Positions 1-12,200 of a DNA stretch of 64,000 nucleotides are shown in pieces (the stretch's first letter is position 1; the number at the start of each line of letters is the position of its first letter). The DNA is from Octopus vulgaris (Eukaryota): contig OX597814.1 in assembly GCA_951406725.2 (NCBI GenBank), positions 126,232,001 through 126,296,000 of the forward strand. Direction: 5' to 3'. A model generated the notes under the pieces. It worked only from the letters and a program-made list of their open reading frames with translations, did not search any database and was not told the origin of the DNA. A program made the translations under genes and the position numbers.

Positions 1-522
1 GAATGGAAGCAGAAGAATTGGGAGTGTGGGTGAGTAGAGGTTGCAAGAGTATATGGGAGAGTGAGGGAGGGTTAGAAAGGAAGTTGGGTGAGAGGATGAA
101 TACAATGAAGAACAAATGTTAAATGAATGGTAAGTGAGTGAGGCAGCAAAAGGTAGGTGATAGCTGTAGAGATTGGATAGGGTTGAGAGGTGGATGTAGT
201 GAATGATGGATAAGCGGAGGGTGGAACAACGATGCAGTGGGGTGAAAAGTAGCAGAATAGTAATGATAATACAGTAGACAGAAGGATGAGATGAAGAATA
301 CAATAGTGTGGGAGAGGGAGAGAGAGAAGCAGGCATAGTGTATGGGAAGAGAGACATACAGTAGAAGAGAAGGGGAGATGATTGAGCAGCTTGGAGAGGG
401 ATCAATATAAAATGTGGGTGGAGAGGACAGTATTGAGATGAGGGTTGGATATCAAATGAACTGGTTCTGAGTTGTGAGAAAGAGAAATGGTATCAGAGAA
501 AAGCTCTCTCTCTCTCTGTCCA

Positions 523-526
<4 letters not shown>

Positions 527-589
<63 letters not shown>

Positions 590-598
590 GTATATATG
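527..598. repeat. (TA)n microsatellite
   Basis: Near-perfect TA run directly left of the fold-back element at 603-749. Confidence 0.97.
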
Positions 599-602
599 AA
601 AC

Positions 603-806
603 AACTACATTATAAAGAGCCATTTATTAACACACAAAGTTGTTAAATTCACTTCAAATTTAAATTTTGACACGTCCTGAAATAAATTTAAATTTAAAGT
701 AAATTTAACAGCTTTGTGTGTTATCAAATGGCTCTTCCATGATGTAGTTACTTCAGTCTCAATATACAGTCTCAATCAAATCACTTGCAAGACAAATACA
801 ACTCTT
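603..806 (+). mobile_element. Fold-back element (hairpin 603-749 plus unpaired tail), probable Penelope-like remnant
   Basis: Arms 603-667 and 684-749 are reverse complements (gagccatttattaacacacaaagttgttaaattc vs rc gagccatttgataacacacaaagctgttaaattt), with a 16-nt loop, between TA and TG microsatellites. Family assignment is inference. Confidence 0.6.
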
Positions 807-1519
807 GTGTGCATGTGTGTGTGTGTGTGTCCATACAACACACATTTATATATATATATGTTTGTGTGTGTGTGTACATCTATATGAATGCTTATATTCT
901 GTATGTCTTTATATGACATTGTTTGGGCAAAATAATGTTGTGTTAATGGTTCCAGTAAGTAATAGCCCCAGTAGTTCTGAGCATTTTACTTGTAAAGACC
1001 AATGGAATAAAAACTCCCTTACTTGAAAAAGACATGACAAGAAGCATACATGGCTGTAATATACTGTATTAATAAGTTTTGATCTAACCCTTGCTTGCAT
1101 GGAAAAGAAAGTGTAAAGATGATGAGGACAACAACAGCAACAGTGATATATTACACACATGTGTGTGGTAATTTGTGCAAGATAAATAGGGATTGTATTC
1201 CTGAACTATGGTTTCATCCAGTTGGTTGAACCATATATGTCCACTTTAAAAAGTATGCAATCACTGTAGGCAGCTAAGGAATGTAGATTACCAGTTGTCT
1301 TTGAAATTCTCAAGTTCCCAAAAGTTTCCAAGCTTGTTTGGCTGCTAAAGGAACACATTTCGAACTCTTAAAGTTTATGATGTTTCCATTCAATAAAAAT
1401 GATAGTATTTGCATAAATTTTTTACTTTTTGTTGCCTCTTGTTATTGCACAAGTAATACAAACCTTCTGGTATATATATTCCTCTACATTATTAACACTT
1501 GTGGTATTCCAGTATTATC

Positions 1520-1625
1520 ATTACCACTTTTACAACTGCTACTACTACTACCACCACTACTGCTGCTACTGCCATGACAACTACTACCATTACAACATCT
1601 ACCACCGCTACAACTAGCACCATCA
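1520..1625. repeat. Degenerate (CTA/CCA/CTG)n trinucleotide tract
   Basis: ctactactacta ccaccactac tgctgctact... Confidence 0.85.
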
Positions 1626-2834
1626 TCCCCATCTCTATTAGCACTTAGATAATCACCACTATGACATCTAATAAATATAAAAATCTTGGAGAAATTATAT
1701 TTTAAAAAAATAGCATTGATTTTATATATATTGTTTAAATTTTTATTTGTAAACTTTTTTTTATCTTTAGTGTTGTACTTTATGGAACTTGCAGAGTGCA
1801 GAGAATGAGACGGATGATTGTTAAGTGGAATGAGAGATTGTAGACTATTGTAGACAATTATAGAAAAATGTAGAGAGGAGTGGGTGATTGTTGAATAGAC
1901 AGAGGCTGTAGAGTATGACAGGTGATTTAAAAGTGAGGTGGATGACTACAGGGTATGATGGGATTGTAGAATAAGGTGGATAACTGTAGCACATGATAGG
2001 TAATTGTGAACTGAGGTGGGTGGTCATAGAGCATACTGAGAGATTATAGAGCAAGGGTATGGTTGTAAAGTGAAGTGGATAGTTGTAGAAGAGAGTGGGG
2101 TGATTCTTGGTGTTTTTGTTTAGTTCCAAGTTAATCTTGATTCAGTAGAACTGTGGTCAGAAGCTTTTCAGCCATGATTGTCTTTTCTGTCTTCACAGAT
2201 TAAGAGCCATGTTATTCATTCTTCTTTTGAAATAGTGATATGCAATTTAAGAGTGATTTAACTGCTATTTCTAGCACATTTAGCGACCTACATAGGCTCC
2301 CTTGCTGGCTCATTGTGTGGATGATTGTAGTTGATGGTGATTGAACAATGTAAAATGCAAATTAAAATGTCATAGAAGTTGCAGCGAAAGTCCTATTAGA
2401 TTAGGGTTAAAAGCAGCACTTAGCAGGCATAAAAGGTAATGCTTTTATTGGAATTGGTTGGCATCGTGAAAGGGAGGACATATAAATTCAAGTTGTGGAA
2501 TGAAGAATAGTTTTTAGTTCTATTTAATTAGCTTCACAGAATTTGTAGTTGATTCACTCTGGAATTGGTTGAATTAAAAGGTAGTTGTTACACATATACT
2601 GTGCATTGACTACTGATTGGTGACGAAAGAGAGATCATTGGTCAGTAACTGACTCTGGGGAGGTCACTGATGAACAACTCAGTGTTTCTGGATGGGTTAA
2701 TGTCTCTTATTAGAGATTAACTATACAATTACGTGCCATAATTTACAAACAGATGTCGTGAGAGAAGGGGAGATTGAATAGATAGATTAAAATCTAATCT
2801 AGGGTACATGGTTTAATAGTAACATCAAAATATT

Positions 2835-3015
2835 GTTGTTTAATCCCAGGTAAACCCTGATTGTACAGATCTATGTTCAAAGCTTTTCCAGGAATATCCA
2901 GTTAATCTTTTTCTGTAATTACAACTACATTATTCAAAGTGCCCTTTTAAGTGACTGTATGTAATTTGAGCGAAATTTGACTGTCTGGTTGATCAAATGG
3001 ATATCTAAAGGCTCT
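2835..3015 (+). repeat. Copy of abundant unclassified ~200-bp interspersed repeat
   Basis: ttgtttaatcccaggtaaaccctgat...tatgttcaaagcttttcca...ctacattattca...gtaatttgagcgaaatttg; homologous to many other copies in the window. Confidence 0.65.
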
Positions 3016-4404
3016 GTTGTTGGCATGTAACACTGGGATGTCATCTGAGTCTGTGGATTTTGAGAGTAACAAAATATTTAATGAAGGGAAGAATAAAGAT
3101 GGGTGGACTTGATTTTTTTTTATATATTTATTTGATGAGAGCAAAGTTGGGTTAGAAGATGCAGGAAAGAAGTTGGTTTTAGTGACAACAAAAGTTGGTT
3201 TACACATATTGAGAATAAATTGAAAAACTTGGATCATCTGAAATTATCCAAGCAATCAAAAACCTCTTTCTACATGCTTGGATAATCTCATTTAACTGAA
3301 GTTTTCAACTATATTGCATATATGTGGCCCTACTTTATTTGTGTTTAGTATGCATAGTGCTCACCTGAGGTAATTCTCTCAACATATTATTGACCACAGA
3401 GGTTATGTTACAAGGGAAAGGAAGATTGAGTGTTGTCAGAGAAGATATTGGTAAAGTAACAGAATACAGAGTTACATTTTATGGAGTGTAGAGAGATTTT
3501 TTTTGCAGTGTACAGAACAAAAATGCTTCATATTTTTCATCAAGTATTTTGATGTGAATGAAGAACAAAGTTCATTCTTTGAAAACACTTGATTACCTCT
3601 TTGGTTATTGTTGTAAACATCTCTTTTCTTTATGTGTAGGTAACTATTTAGATAGTAGGACTTATGTTGAAGGATGCTAAGCTGCTATTTCTTGCAGGTT
3701 GAACATAGAGGTTCCTTCATTAGCTTGACATTTGTTTGGTGATTGCAATGTGTGTGAGAGAGAGAGAGAGAGAAACAAACAGGCAGAGAGGAAGGTGAGT
3801 CTGATTAAAGGTGAACAGACCATGTACAGGTGTTTTTAGATGAAAATCAAACATGAGTAAGAACCACTGATTTAAATATATTAGTAAAGTATAAGTAATG
3901 TTTTTACAAAAGACCCACATGGTAGAATCAACATGTTATTAGAGAACCACCAGCTGATTATGGTGCCAGAGTGGTACCATCATTGCTGTTAAAACAAACA
4001 TTACTGTCATATTTGGAGTGAGTTTTCTTAAATCTCCTCAACTCAGTCTTATAAAACTACTTATTAGTTGGACTATTGTTCACTGTTACTGTATACAAAA
4101 CTTGAGTTTACTGCTTCACTGGGAATTAGCTGTCTCTCTTAATATAACCTTTGACATGTCAATTGATGTATAGCTACTAATTCTCAAGTGGTCTCATCTA
4201 TACTACACTAATTCTCAGAATTGTTAAAGACTTTCAAAAGACAGCCAAGTGAATATTGGAAGTTGTCACCAAACAGCAATTATTCATTTTCTTCTTATTA
4301 GTTTCTCACCAATAAATTTCTTTGTATGCTAATCTACATCATTACTTAAGTCACTTCTCCTTCCCCTGAATGTTTAAAATAAACAGGGAATGTAAGTAAT
4401 ATAA

Positions 4405-4405
<1 letters not shown>

Positions 4406-4480
<75 letters not shown>

Positions 4481-4564
4481 GTAGGTAGACAGATAGGTAG
4501 GTAGGTAGATATAGATAGATAGATAGGTAGACAGATAGGTAGACAGATAGGTAGGTAGGTAGAT

Positions 4565-4629
<65 letters not shown>

Positions 4630-4650
4630 CAGATAGGTAGGTAGGTAGAT

Positions 4651-4699
<49 letters not shown>

Positions 4700-4708
4700 C
4701 AGACAGGC

Positions 4709-4743
<35 letters not shown>
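4406..4743. repeat. (AGAT)n / (AGGT)n compound microsatellite
   Basis: About 340 bp of tagatagat with taggtagg variants; the source of the spurious SIYL ORF. Confidence 0.98.
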
Positions 4744-4789
4744 CTGACTGATTGATAAATAGATATTGTGTGTTATTTACATTTCCTGT

Positions 4790-5203
4790 TTGAACATTGG
4801 GTGACATGCCATGCTTGAAAAGATCCAGGAAGCCAAGTGAAATCATAGTCATGGCCAATGATAGTGTTGTGTAACGGGCACGTAACAAGCACTGTTCAAC
4901 CGTTGGGCCTCACAGAGGCAGTGACAAGTGATTGAGACCTTTGGCAGTATACCATGCTTGAGAAGATCTGTCAAGCCAAGTGAGATCATAGTCGTGGCCA
5001 ATGCCTGTAATGCATAACTGGCATATAAAAAGCACCCATTACACACTTGAAGTAACTGGCATTAGGAAGGGCACCCAGCCATAGAAACCATGCCAAATTA
5101 GACTGGAACATGGTGCAGCTCCCCAGCTTACCAGTTTCCAGTCAAACCATCCTACCCATACCAGCATGGAAAACAGACATTAAAGGAAGATGATGATGAT
5201 GAT
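4790..5203 (+). mobile_element. RTE-type LINE 3' end (end of ORF plus 3' UTR with (GAT)n tail)
   Basis: gggcctcacagaggcagtgacaagtgattgagacctttggcag...cttgagaag matches the ORF C-terminus of the RTE copy at 33020-33300. Internal direct repeat at ~4810-4900 / ~4952-5035. Contains ggcattaggaagggcacccagc and ends gatgatgatgat. Confidence 0.75.
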
Positions 5204-5306
5204 AATATTAATGTCACAAGAATTTATAAACTTTCAAGAGAATGTGAAATAATTATTTTTGGAGAACTGGACCTGAAAGCACATATGATACTATAAATAT
5301 AATATT

Positions 5307-5910
5307 CTTTTCTACATCAAAATCAAAATCAAAATCAAATCAAATCACAATCAAATGGAAATTGTAGTTGTGGTCCCTCTGCCGATGGCACGTAAAAAGC
5401 ACCATCCGAACGTGGTTGATGCCAGTTCTGCTTTGAGAGGCTCCCATGCCAGTGGCACGTAAAAAGCACCATTCGATCATGGTCAATGCCAGCCTCTCTT
5501 CGGCCCCTGTGCCGGTGGCACGTAAAAAAGCACCCACTACACTCTCGGAGTGGTTGGCGTTGGGAAGGGCATCCAGCTGTAGAAACACTGCCAGATTAGA
5601 CTGGATCCTGGTGCAGCCTCCCGGCTTCCCAGACCCCAGTCGAACCGTTCAACCCATGCCAGCATGGGAAACGGACGTTAACCTATGATGATGATGATGA
5701 TGACTCTAGGCACAAGGCCCAAAATTTTGGGGGAGGGAGGGCCAGTTGATTGGATCAACCTCAGTATGCAACTGGTACTTAATTTATCGACCCCAAAAGA
5801 ATGAAAGGCAAAGTCAACCTCAGTGGAATTTAAACCCAGAACATAAAGACGGACGAAATACCGCTAAGCATTTTGACCTGCGTGCTAACTTTTCTGCCAG
5901 CTCACTGCCT
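5307..5910 (-). mobile_element. tRNA-type SINE (minus strand) interrupted by insertion 5316-5703
   Basis: 5705-5909 is the reverse complement of the SINE at 50786; its 3' tail cttttctac is displaced to 5307-5315. 18-bp TSD tac(t/a)ataaatataatatt at 5289-5306 and 5911-5928. Confidence 0.85.
5316..5703 (+). mobile_element. 5'-truncated RTE-tail element nested in the SINE
   Basis: (ATCAAA)n head, three internal ggcacgtaaaaagcacc units, ggttggcgttgggaagggcatccagc motif, (GAT)n tail; many CpGs retained, suggesting a young copy. Confidence 0.8.
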
Positions 5911-6120
5911 TACAATAAATATAATATTATAAATGACAGCATGTAAATATAAACCAACCACTGGCAAATGTAACACACCAAAAGATTACCTTGAAGTTTT
6001 TCCTAGTGTGGTCTGCCTGAGGTTGAGCTTTGTCTCATGTAGCCTGTTTCTTGAGAAAGGTTGCTTATGCCTGATACAAACATATAAGCACATATTTGTC
6101 TGTGTGTACATATTTATATA

Positions 6121-6700
6121 ATAGAAGCACAGACTGGAATCAAAGGACCTTAGAGTTAATTTAGTAAAGACCAAATTATTGATAAGTAAGAAAACAGACA
6201 AATCACAGATCCCTTCAGGGAGATGGCTGTGCTCAATATGTAGGAAAGGTGTTGGGAGAAACTCTCCATAAGGTGTATCCAGTGCAAGCTATGGACACAT
6301 AAGAAGTGCAGTGGTATTACTGGAACCTTAACAGAGAAAGTAGCCTTTACATGTGGCAGATGTGCAGGTACATTAAACACCAGGATTGTACAAAAAAAAA
6401 AAGGACTTCCTCAAATGTCAATGGGTATCCTTAGAAGTAGTACACAGTTTCCGTTACTTAGGCAACCAAGTTAGTAGCTGGTAGAATAGGAATAGGCTGG
6501 GTGAATTTCAGAGTGCTACTACCTCAGTTAGTAATGATGGGCTTCTCCCTCAGAGTGAAAGGCAGATTGTATGATGCCTGTGTACAAACAGCTATGCTAT
6601 ATGGCAGTGAGACATGGCTGTGACTACTGAGGCTTGAAAGAAATGAAACCAGTATGCTCTGCCAGATGGGTAATGTCAGTGTGTATATATGACAGTATAC
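6121..6700 (+). mobile_element. RTE-clade LINE ORF fragment (RT C-terminal part with inserted PHD finger)
   Basis: Reads LESKDLRVNLVKTK...WLCSICRKGVGRNS/IRCIQCKLWTHKKCSGI...FTCGRC...LEVVHSFRYLG...SLRVKGRLYDACVQTAMLYGSETW, with frameshifts. Confidence 0.88.
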
Positions 6701-6717
6701 TAGCATGGGTGGATAGC

Positions 6718-7017
6718 CAATTTGGAGAATAGGAATCTATCTCTTGGCCTGCTAACAGATTGTAAGGACTCTTATGAGTTTAATCAGCAAACTTAATCAG
6801 CTATGTAGAGCTTGCAGCACCCACTCCCATTGATGAATGAGCCAGAATACTTAAAGACTCAATTAGACCTGAATACTTGTCAAAAAGTATTCTCACAATA
6901 TATCCATTTCAAGTGCTGCCTGCTGCAAAATAGGGATTTCCTATTAGCTGATTAAGTTCATAAGAGTCCTTACAATCTGTTAGCAGGCCAAAAGATAGAT
7001 CCTTATTCCCCAAATTG
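6718..7017. repeat. Inverted repeat, ~70-bp arms with ~160-bp spacer
   Basis: caatttggagaataggaatctatctcttggcctgctaacagattgtaaggactcttatgag (from 6718) is the reverse complement of ~6947-7017. Confidence 0.9.
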
Positions 7018-7295
7018 ACTGGTCTAAGGTTGATAATCCACCCTCACCAATGCCAGAACTTTCATCTTCTGATGATCTTTTAACCAATTGACCATAACAA
7101 CTTTCCATCTCTGAGAGATGAAGAGTTAAATTTTTCTTTGTATAGAGTGTGATGAGCTATTCACAAAGGTGCAGCTTTCATGGATGCAAAACCATTGGTC
7201 ATTCTATGACCAGGCTTTAACTTTAGTGCTTTAATACTTTACTGCTCTATACTTTAGAGTGCACTTCTTATTTGAATATATGATACTTTGACAAT

Positions 7296-7296
7296 A

Positions 7297-7369
<73 letters not shown>

Positions 7370-7620
7370 GAACAGACAGACAGATGAACTAACAGATAGA
7401 CAGATTGGTGGGTAGATGGACAGACTAGATTAGATTGGATAGCTAGTTATTTAGATCAATGGATGGAAGGACATACAAATTGAACAAATTGATGGGAAAA
7501 TGGACTGACAAATGGCTGGACAAACAGCCAGAGAGATTAATGGACAGGCTGACAGACTGACTAGTTCAGATAAGGTGAGTAGATAGACAGAGGGAAAGAC
7601 AGACAGAAAAGTAGAGAACA
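7296..7620. repeat. (TG)(TA)(GA) compound microsatellite fading into degenerate GACA/GATA tract
   Basis: Direct reading. Confidence 0.9.
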
Positions 7621-7934
7621 AGACTATTTATTATAGTACCTCATAGATGACTCACCATACCAACTTATGGTTTGTTAATTCCACTTTCAGTGGGATAAAA
7701 ACGTGTGTATGTGTGCGTTTGTGATTACAACAGAACACTCAGATACCACCGCTATCATCATTAGGCTTATACATAATATGATAGAAACTTTACTGTCAAA
7801 GCAAAAACCTTCTATGGCTATAAATGTCTTTGTATGTGCATGCAATGATATGCAAAGTACCACCCTCATTATCACCAGAACTATACTTAAAGAGTACTGA
7901 TAAAATCTATTCTGAACACTTCGAACACATGCAC

Positions 7935-7936
<2 letters not shown>

Positions 7937-7997
<61 letters not shown>
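7937..7997. repeat. (TG)n microsatellite
   Basis: Perfect TG run. Confidence 0.98.
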
Positions 7998-7999
<2 letters not shown>

Positions 8000-8254
8000 A
8001 CGTGCTTGCATGCATGTGTGTGTTTACAAGATTACTTACACTAAGACACCATCAACACAGCCAAGAGTACTGATAAATCTTGTGTGTGTGTGTGTGGTCA
8101 GAAAGTAACATTTCCGTCATCATCACCACCACCACCACCACCACCACATGAGATTGGCTATATATTCTGTGCATATGTATGTGCGATACTAAGTGTAACT
8201 GGGAGGTAACATTGCCCTGCTGCCATCTGCCATCACCACAAATGATCTCTCAAC

Positions 8255-8410
8255 CTACTGAGATATCAGCTAAACTTTTTCATATCACACTCTAACACTT
8301 TACAAAGAAATGATATATTGAATAATATAGTCTTAGATATACTATGCTTAAGAAAAAACAAGACAGGATGTTTACAGCTGGAATACCTTTAATCATTGGT
8401 CTTTTTGATC
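8255..8410 (-). repeat. Copy of abundant unclassified ~200-bp repeat
   Basis: atcacactcta...ataatatagtcttagat...gacaggatgtttacagctggaatacctttaatcattggtc is the reverse complement of the family motifs. Confidence 0.6.
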
Positions 8411-8700
8411 ACTTTAGTATTACTTTGATATCACTAACCCACACGTATATTCTTTTATCCAAATTACAAGATTTCAGGTCACTACACTCTATACATGAAC
8501 TTTTTTTTAATACATCTTTTAGTACATTTATATACTTATGTTATTTTAATCCATGCTATTGGATTATTTGAGTTATTTCCTTAGGTTCAGTCTTATTTTT
8601 ATTATCCAAATTAGTGTTTTGGCCAAAAGTTAATTGTACTTATTTTTATTCATTCATAAAAACCCATGTTTATCGATCAGATAGATTTGTGTTGTTTACA

Positions 8701-8737
8701 CTTTGCTGATAAGGTCTAATAAAACAAAAACATGATC
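8701..8737 (+). other. Decayed minimal hammerhead-ribozyme-like motif
   Basis: ctttgCTGATAAggtctaataaaacAAAAacatgatc, colinear with the motif at 31811; core is degraded. Confidence 0.35.
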
Positions 8738-9232
8738 ATTACAGTTACCATTGATCAAATTTTCCTTTGAAATTATCTACCCTTTCTTTGTGAGTCATTA
8801 ATGAATGCTGATATTTTTGTATTTTTTTACTCCTTCAAGTCAAAGGAAAATTTCAGTTTATGTAGAATCTTTGTATACATCATGCAGTGTGGCTATATGT
8901 ACTTGCTTGATTTCAACATGTCATTGGCTTATTTTAGTTATTTCCCTTGCATAAGTTACGCTTTTCATTACACTCAACATTACACCACTGTATAAGCCAA
9001 CAAAGAAGCCTCTTTACTCAACCTACTAAAAATAACAGGCAAATCTCCCTCAATTCACACCCTGCCTTCTTGAAATGAGCACATAGGATATGATGTGATC
9101 ATGGATACTCTGTATCTGATCAAAACATCAAGAACATCAAATACCCCAAACAATGTGTATGAGTGCGTGCGTGTGTGTGTGTGTGTGTGTGTGTTTGTGT
9201 GTATATACCCACACACGCATGCACATAAGTAC

Positions 9233-9267
<35 letters not shown>

Positions 9268-12200
9268 GTAAGTGTATGTAGATATCTGTGCATGTGTATT
9301 TGAAGAAACATATTGAAAGATAATTGGTATAGAAGAATATGTGTATATGTTTTCAAATGTGTTTAAATATTCTTCACAAAATTACATTCTGCACCAGACA
9401 CTCATATAACAATAAACTGATACCATCAAATGTTTTACATAGCTTACTATTTTGTTTGCAGTTAAAATATATTTTCTAGCAGTATTTTGATATGAACAAA
9501 TGTTTTACCGATATTCTTTGATCTCAAAATTGTGATTATATTCAATTTGTCTGCCTTCATCTCTCTCTCTCTCTTTCTCTTTCTCCCTCTCATCTCGCCC
9601 TCTCTCTCCCATATCTCTCCTCTCATCTCTCTCCCATATCTCTCCTCTCTCTCTCTCCTGTCTCTCTTTCTCCCATATCTCATCTCCCCTCTCTCCTGCT
9701 ACCTCACTTTTTTCCTGTCTATACCCTCACACCATTCAGATTCAATATAGTATCTGTAAACCTCTGTAACAAAGCGGCTCTAGAATACACTGCCATTCTT
9801 ACCAAAGACAGTTGTATATTCCATCTGTACTATTGAATAAAGATTTTTAATTCAATCAAAGCTATGTCATACCTTTTATTAACAGGCTGATAAATTTTGT
9901 ATTTATCTGTTTGTTTTTTTCATGCTCACCTCTCCAATCTGACACACTTTCCTCATTAGAGAAAACATTTACTTTCATAATTTTTTTTTAATCTGAACTG
10001 ATTTAATTTTTCATTACTCACTTCATTTAAAAGATAATTTTTAATTTTTATATTTTCCAAATTCTTGATAATTTTTTTCTCTCTCTTCATATAGATTTTT
10101 TCATTTTCTAATTTATTTCAACTTATAAAACAATTAGTTTGAAAACACATGCCTTCAATTTAAATTAATTTTATTATTGATTTCCCTTTTTTAAACATCA
10201 ATTAATTAACACTCTAGATAAAAAAAAAAGCTATTGTATCATTTTATTTTCCATTTATTTGTTATTTCTCAAACATTTTGTAACACCCAAGGATATAAAA
10301 TCACACGAAATGATAAATATCTGACGTGTTAGAGATAAGGGGTGGTTCTGGTCAGTATTGATAGACATGAAATCACTGAAAACAATGCTGGTTGTTGAAG
10401 TAAAGTTAAATTTTACTTTATATCTGCAGTTACCAGGAAATATATTTATTTTTATAATGAAATATAAGAGTTAATTAATCTTCTGTTGTTGATATTTGAA
10501 AGAAACCTTGTCAAAATATTAAAGACAGTTTCTGCAATACAATACTAGTTTTTTTTTTTTTCCCATCTCTTATTGTTGGGCATGTTAACATGACATGTTA
10601 CTGTATACATGGAAATATCTATATCTTCCTATATTATGCCATGATGGTCCATTGTTATTGAAACATTTCCTTTGCAACAAAATAAGTGACAAGGTTATTT
10701 TGTTAGAGTTTGGATGTCAACCATTTTTATGGACATATGTCACACCACAGTTTCAATCAGTGAACTTGAGAAAAGTTTTAGAAATCTTCACATTTCACTT
10801 TCTAGACATGTACAATAACTCTTTCTTTCTTTATATGTGTGTGTATATATATATATATATATATTGTCAATATGTGCACTTTAGAAAAAAGAAATATCTC
10901 AAGATTCACTTAAATATTGAAGAATTATTATCTCAATCTATATTTTCATTGAATTGAGTCTAATAATAAAATATTTCATTGAAATTAGAATGAAATCGCC
11001 AATAGAAAATATGAATGACAGTTTTATCTTATAATGTCAGTATCAGCAATCTATAAGTCTCAGCAAACTAAGTATAACTGCATTGTGATGAGCATAGCCA
11101 AGAAGTTGAAAGTCATAAAATGATTTATTTTCACATTTACTGCTACTGCCATGTCCTCAATCAACAGGATAGTCTATCTGTGTAAGGTAAAAATCTACTT
11201 ATATTATTGGCACTGTATATACTGACAGGATTTTTTGCTAGATGTAAGACAGAAATCAATGCAAGAGCTCAGTCTTTCTAAAATATTTCCACAGCCATGT
11301 TTGAATTCTTCTTTTTCTATTCTACTTGGGAAGTTAACAACTTTTGCAGAAAAATATTTCAAAATAGAATTTAAATTTGTATTTAGGCCGAAATTTTTTT
11401 TCTTTTATCCTTTTCTTATTCTTTTGAAATTAGAAACTTCACTTCAAGTATCTTTCCTTTCAACAATTGTGGGTTTTTTTTCCTCACTACACTATATTTC
11501 ATATGGTTGTCATTATTGTAATGCTAAACATCTTCACCAGAATTAAAATGTTATTATTTATATGTTGTTGCCTTCTATAGTCGCAAGGGAAAAGTTCTAT
11601 TTTAGAATTATAACAGCAGTTTAAATTTGTTCATATGCCCCCTGTTGATAATCTAAATAGCATGGTGCAATTTTACACAAAACCAGTGAGACAGTTCTAA
11701 GCTTTGACCACAATCATATTTTAAAACTTGCGTATTCCTTCTGGTGCACAATACATATATATAATATTTAGTACACATACAAACATATATGTATGTAATG
11801 TATGTATAAATAGATAGATACATACATAGATGCATGCCTGCACATATGTATATGATCATTTTCATGTTTTCCATGCTGGCTCACAATCTGAATCAGTTCT
11901 TATTCAGAGTCATATCCTCCTTGGTTGATTAGAGGACCATTCTCCCTTGTGCATTTCAGGTTTTGACATGGTTTCTATGATTAGATATTCTCAGACTTAT
12001 AGAAAATTCCTTTAAAAAATATTCTCACAACATATATACACATTCAGACACACAGAAAGACAACTCACTATCCAAATATATCTGGGTTTGAAGAAATGAT
12101 TATATAAACAATATAAAACTGATTGGTCTGTTATGGAAAGTATATACCCCAACATTAATGTGATCTTTGTTTCAGAAAAGCTAGTGATCTTATTGCTTTT

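Noticed and set aside
402-1160. ORFs rich in YI/CV dipeptides (and similar ones at 7687, 36394, 43565, 44637, 51339)
   Set aside because: Products of TA/TG microsatellites.
4346-4888. 180-aa ORF with SIYL repeats
   Set aside because: Translation of the (AGAT)n microsatellite plus an antisense RTE tail.
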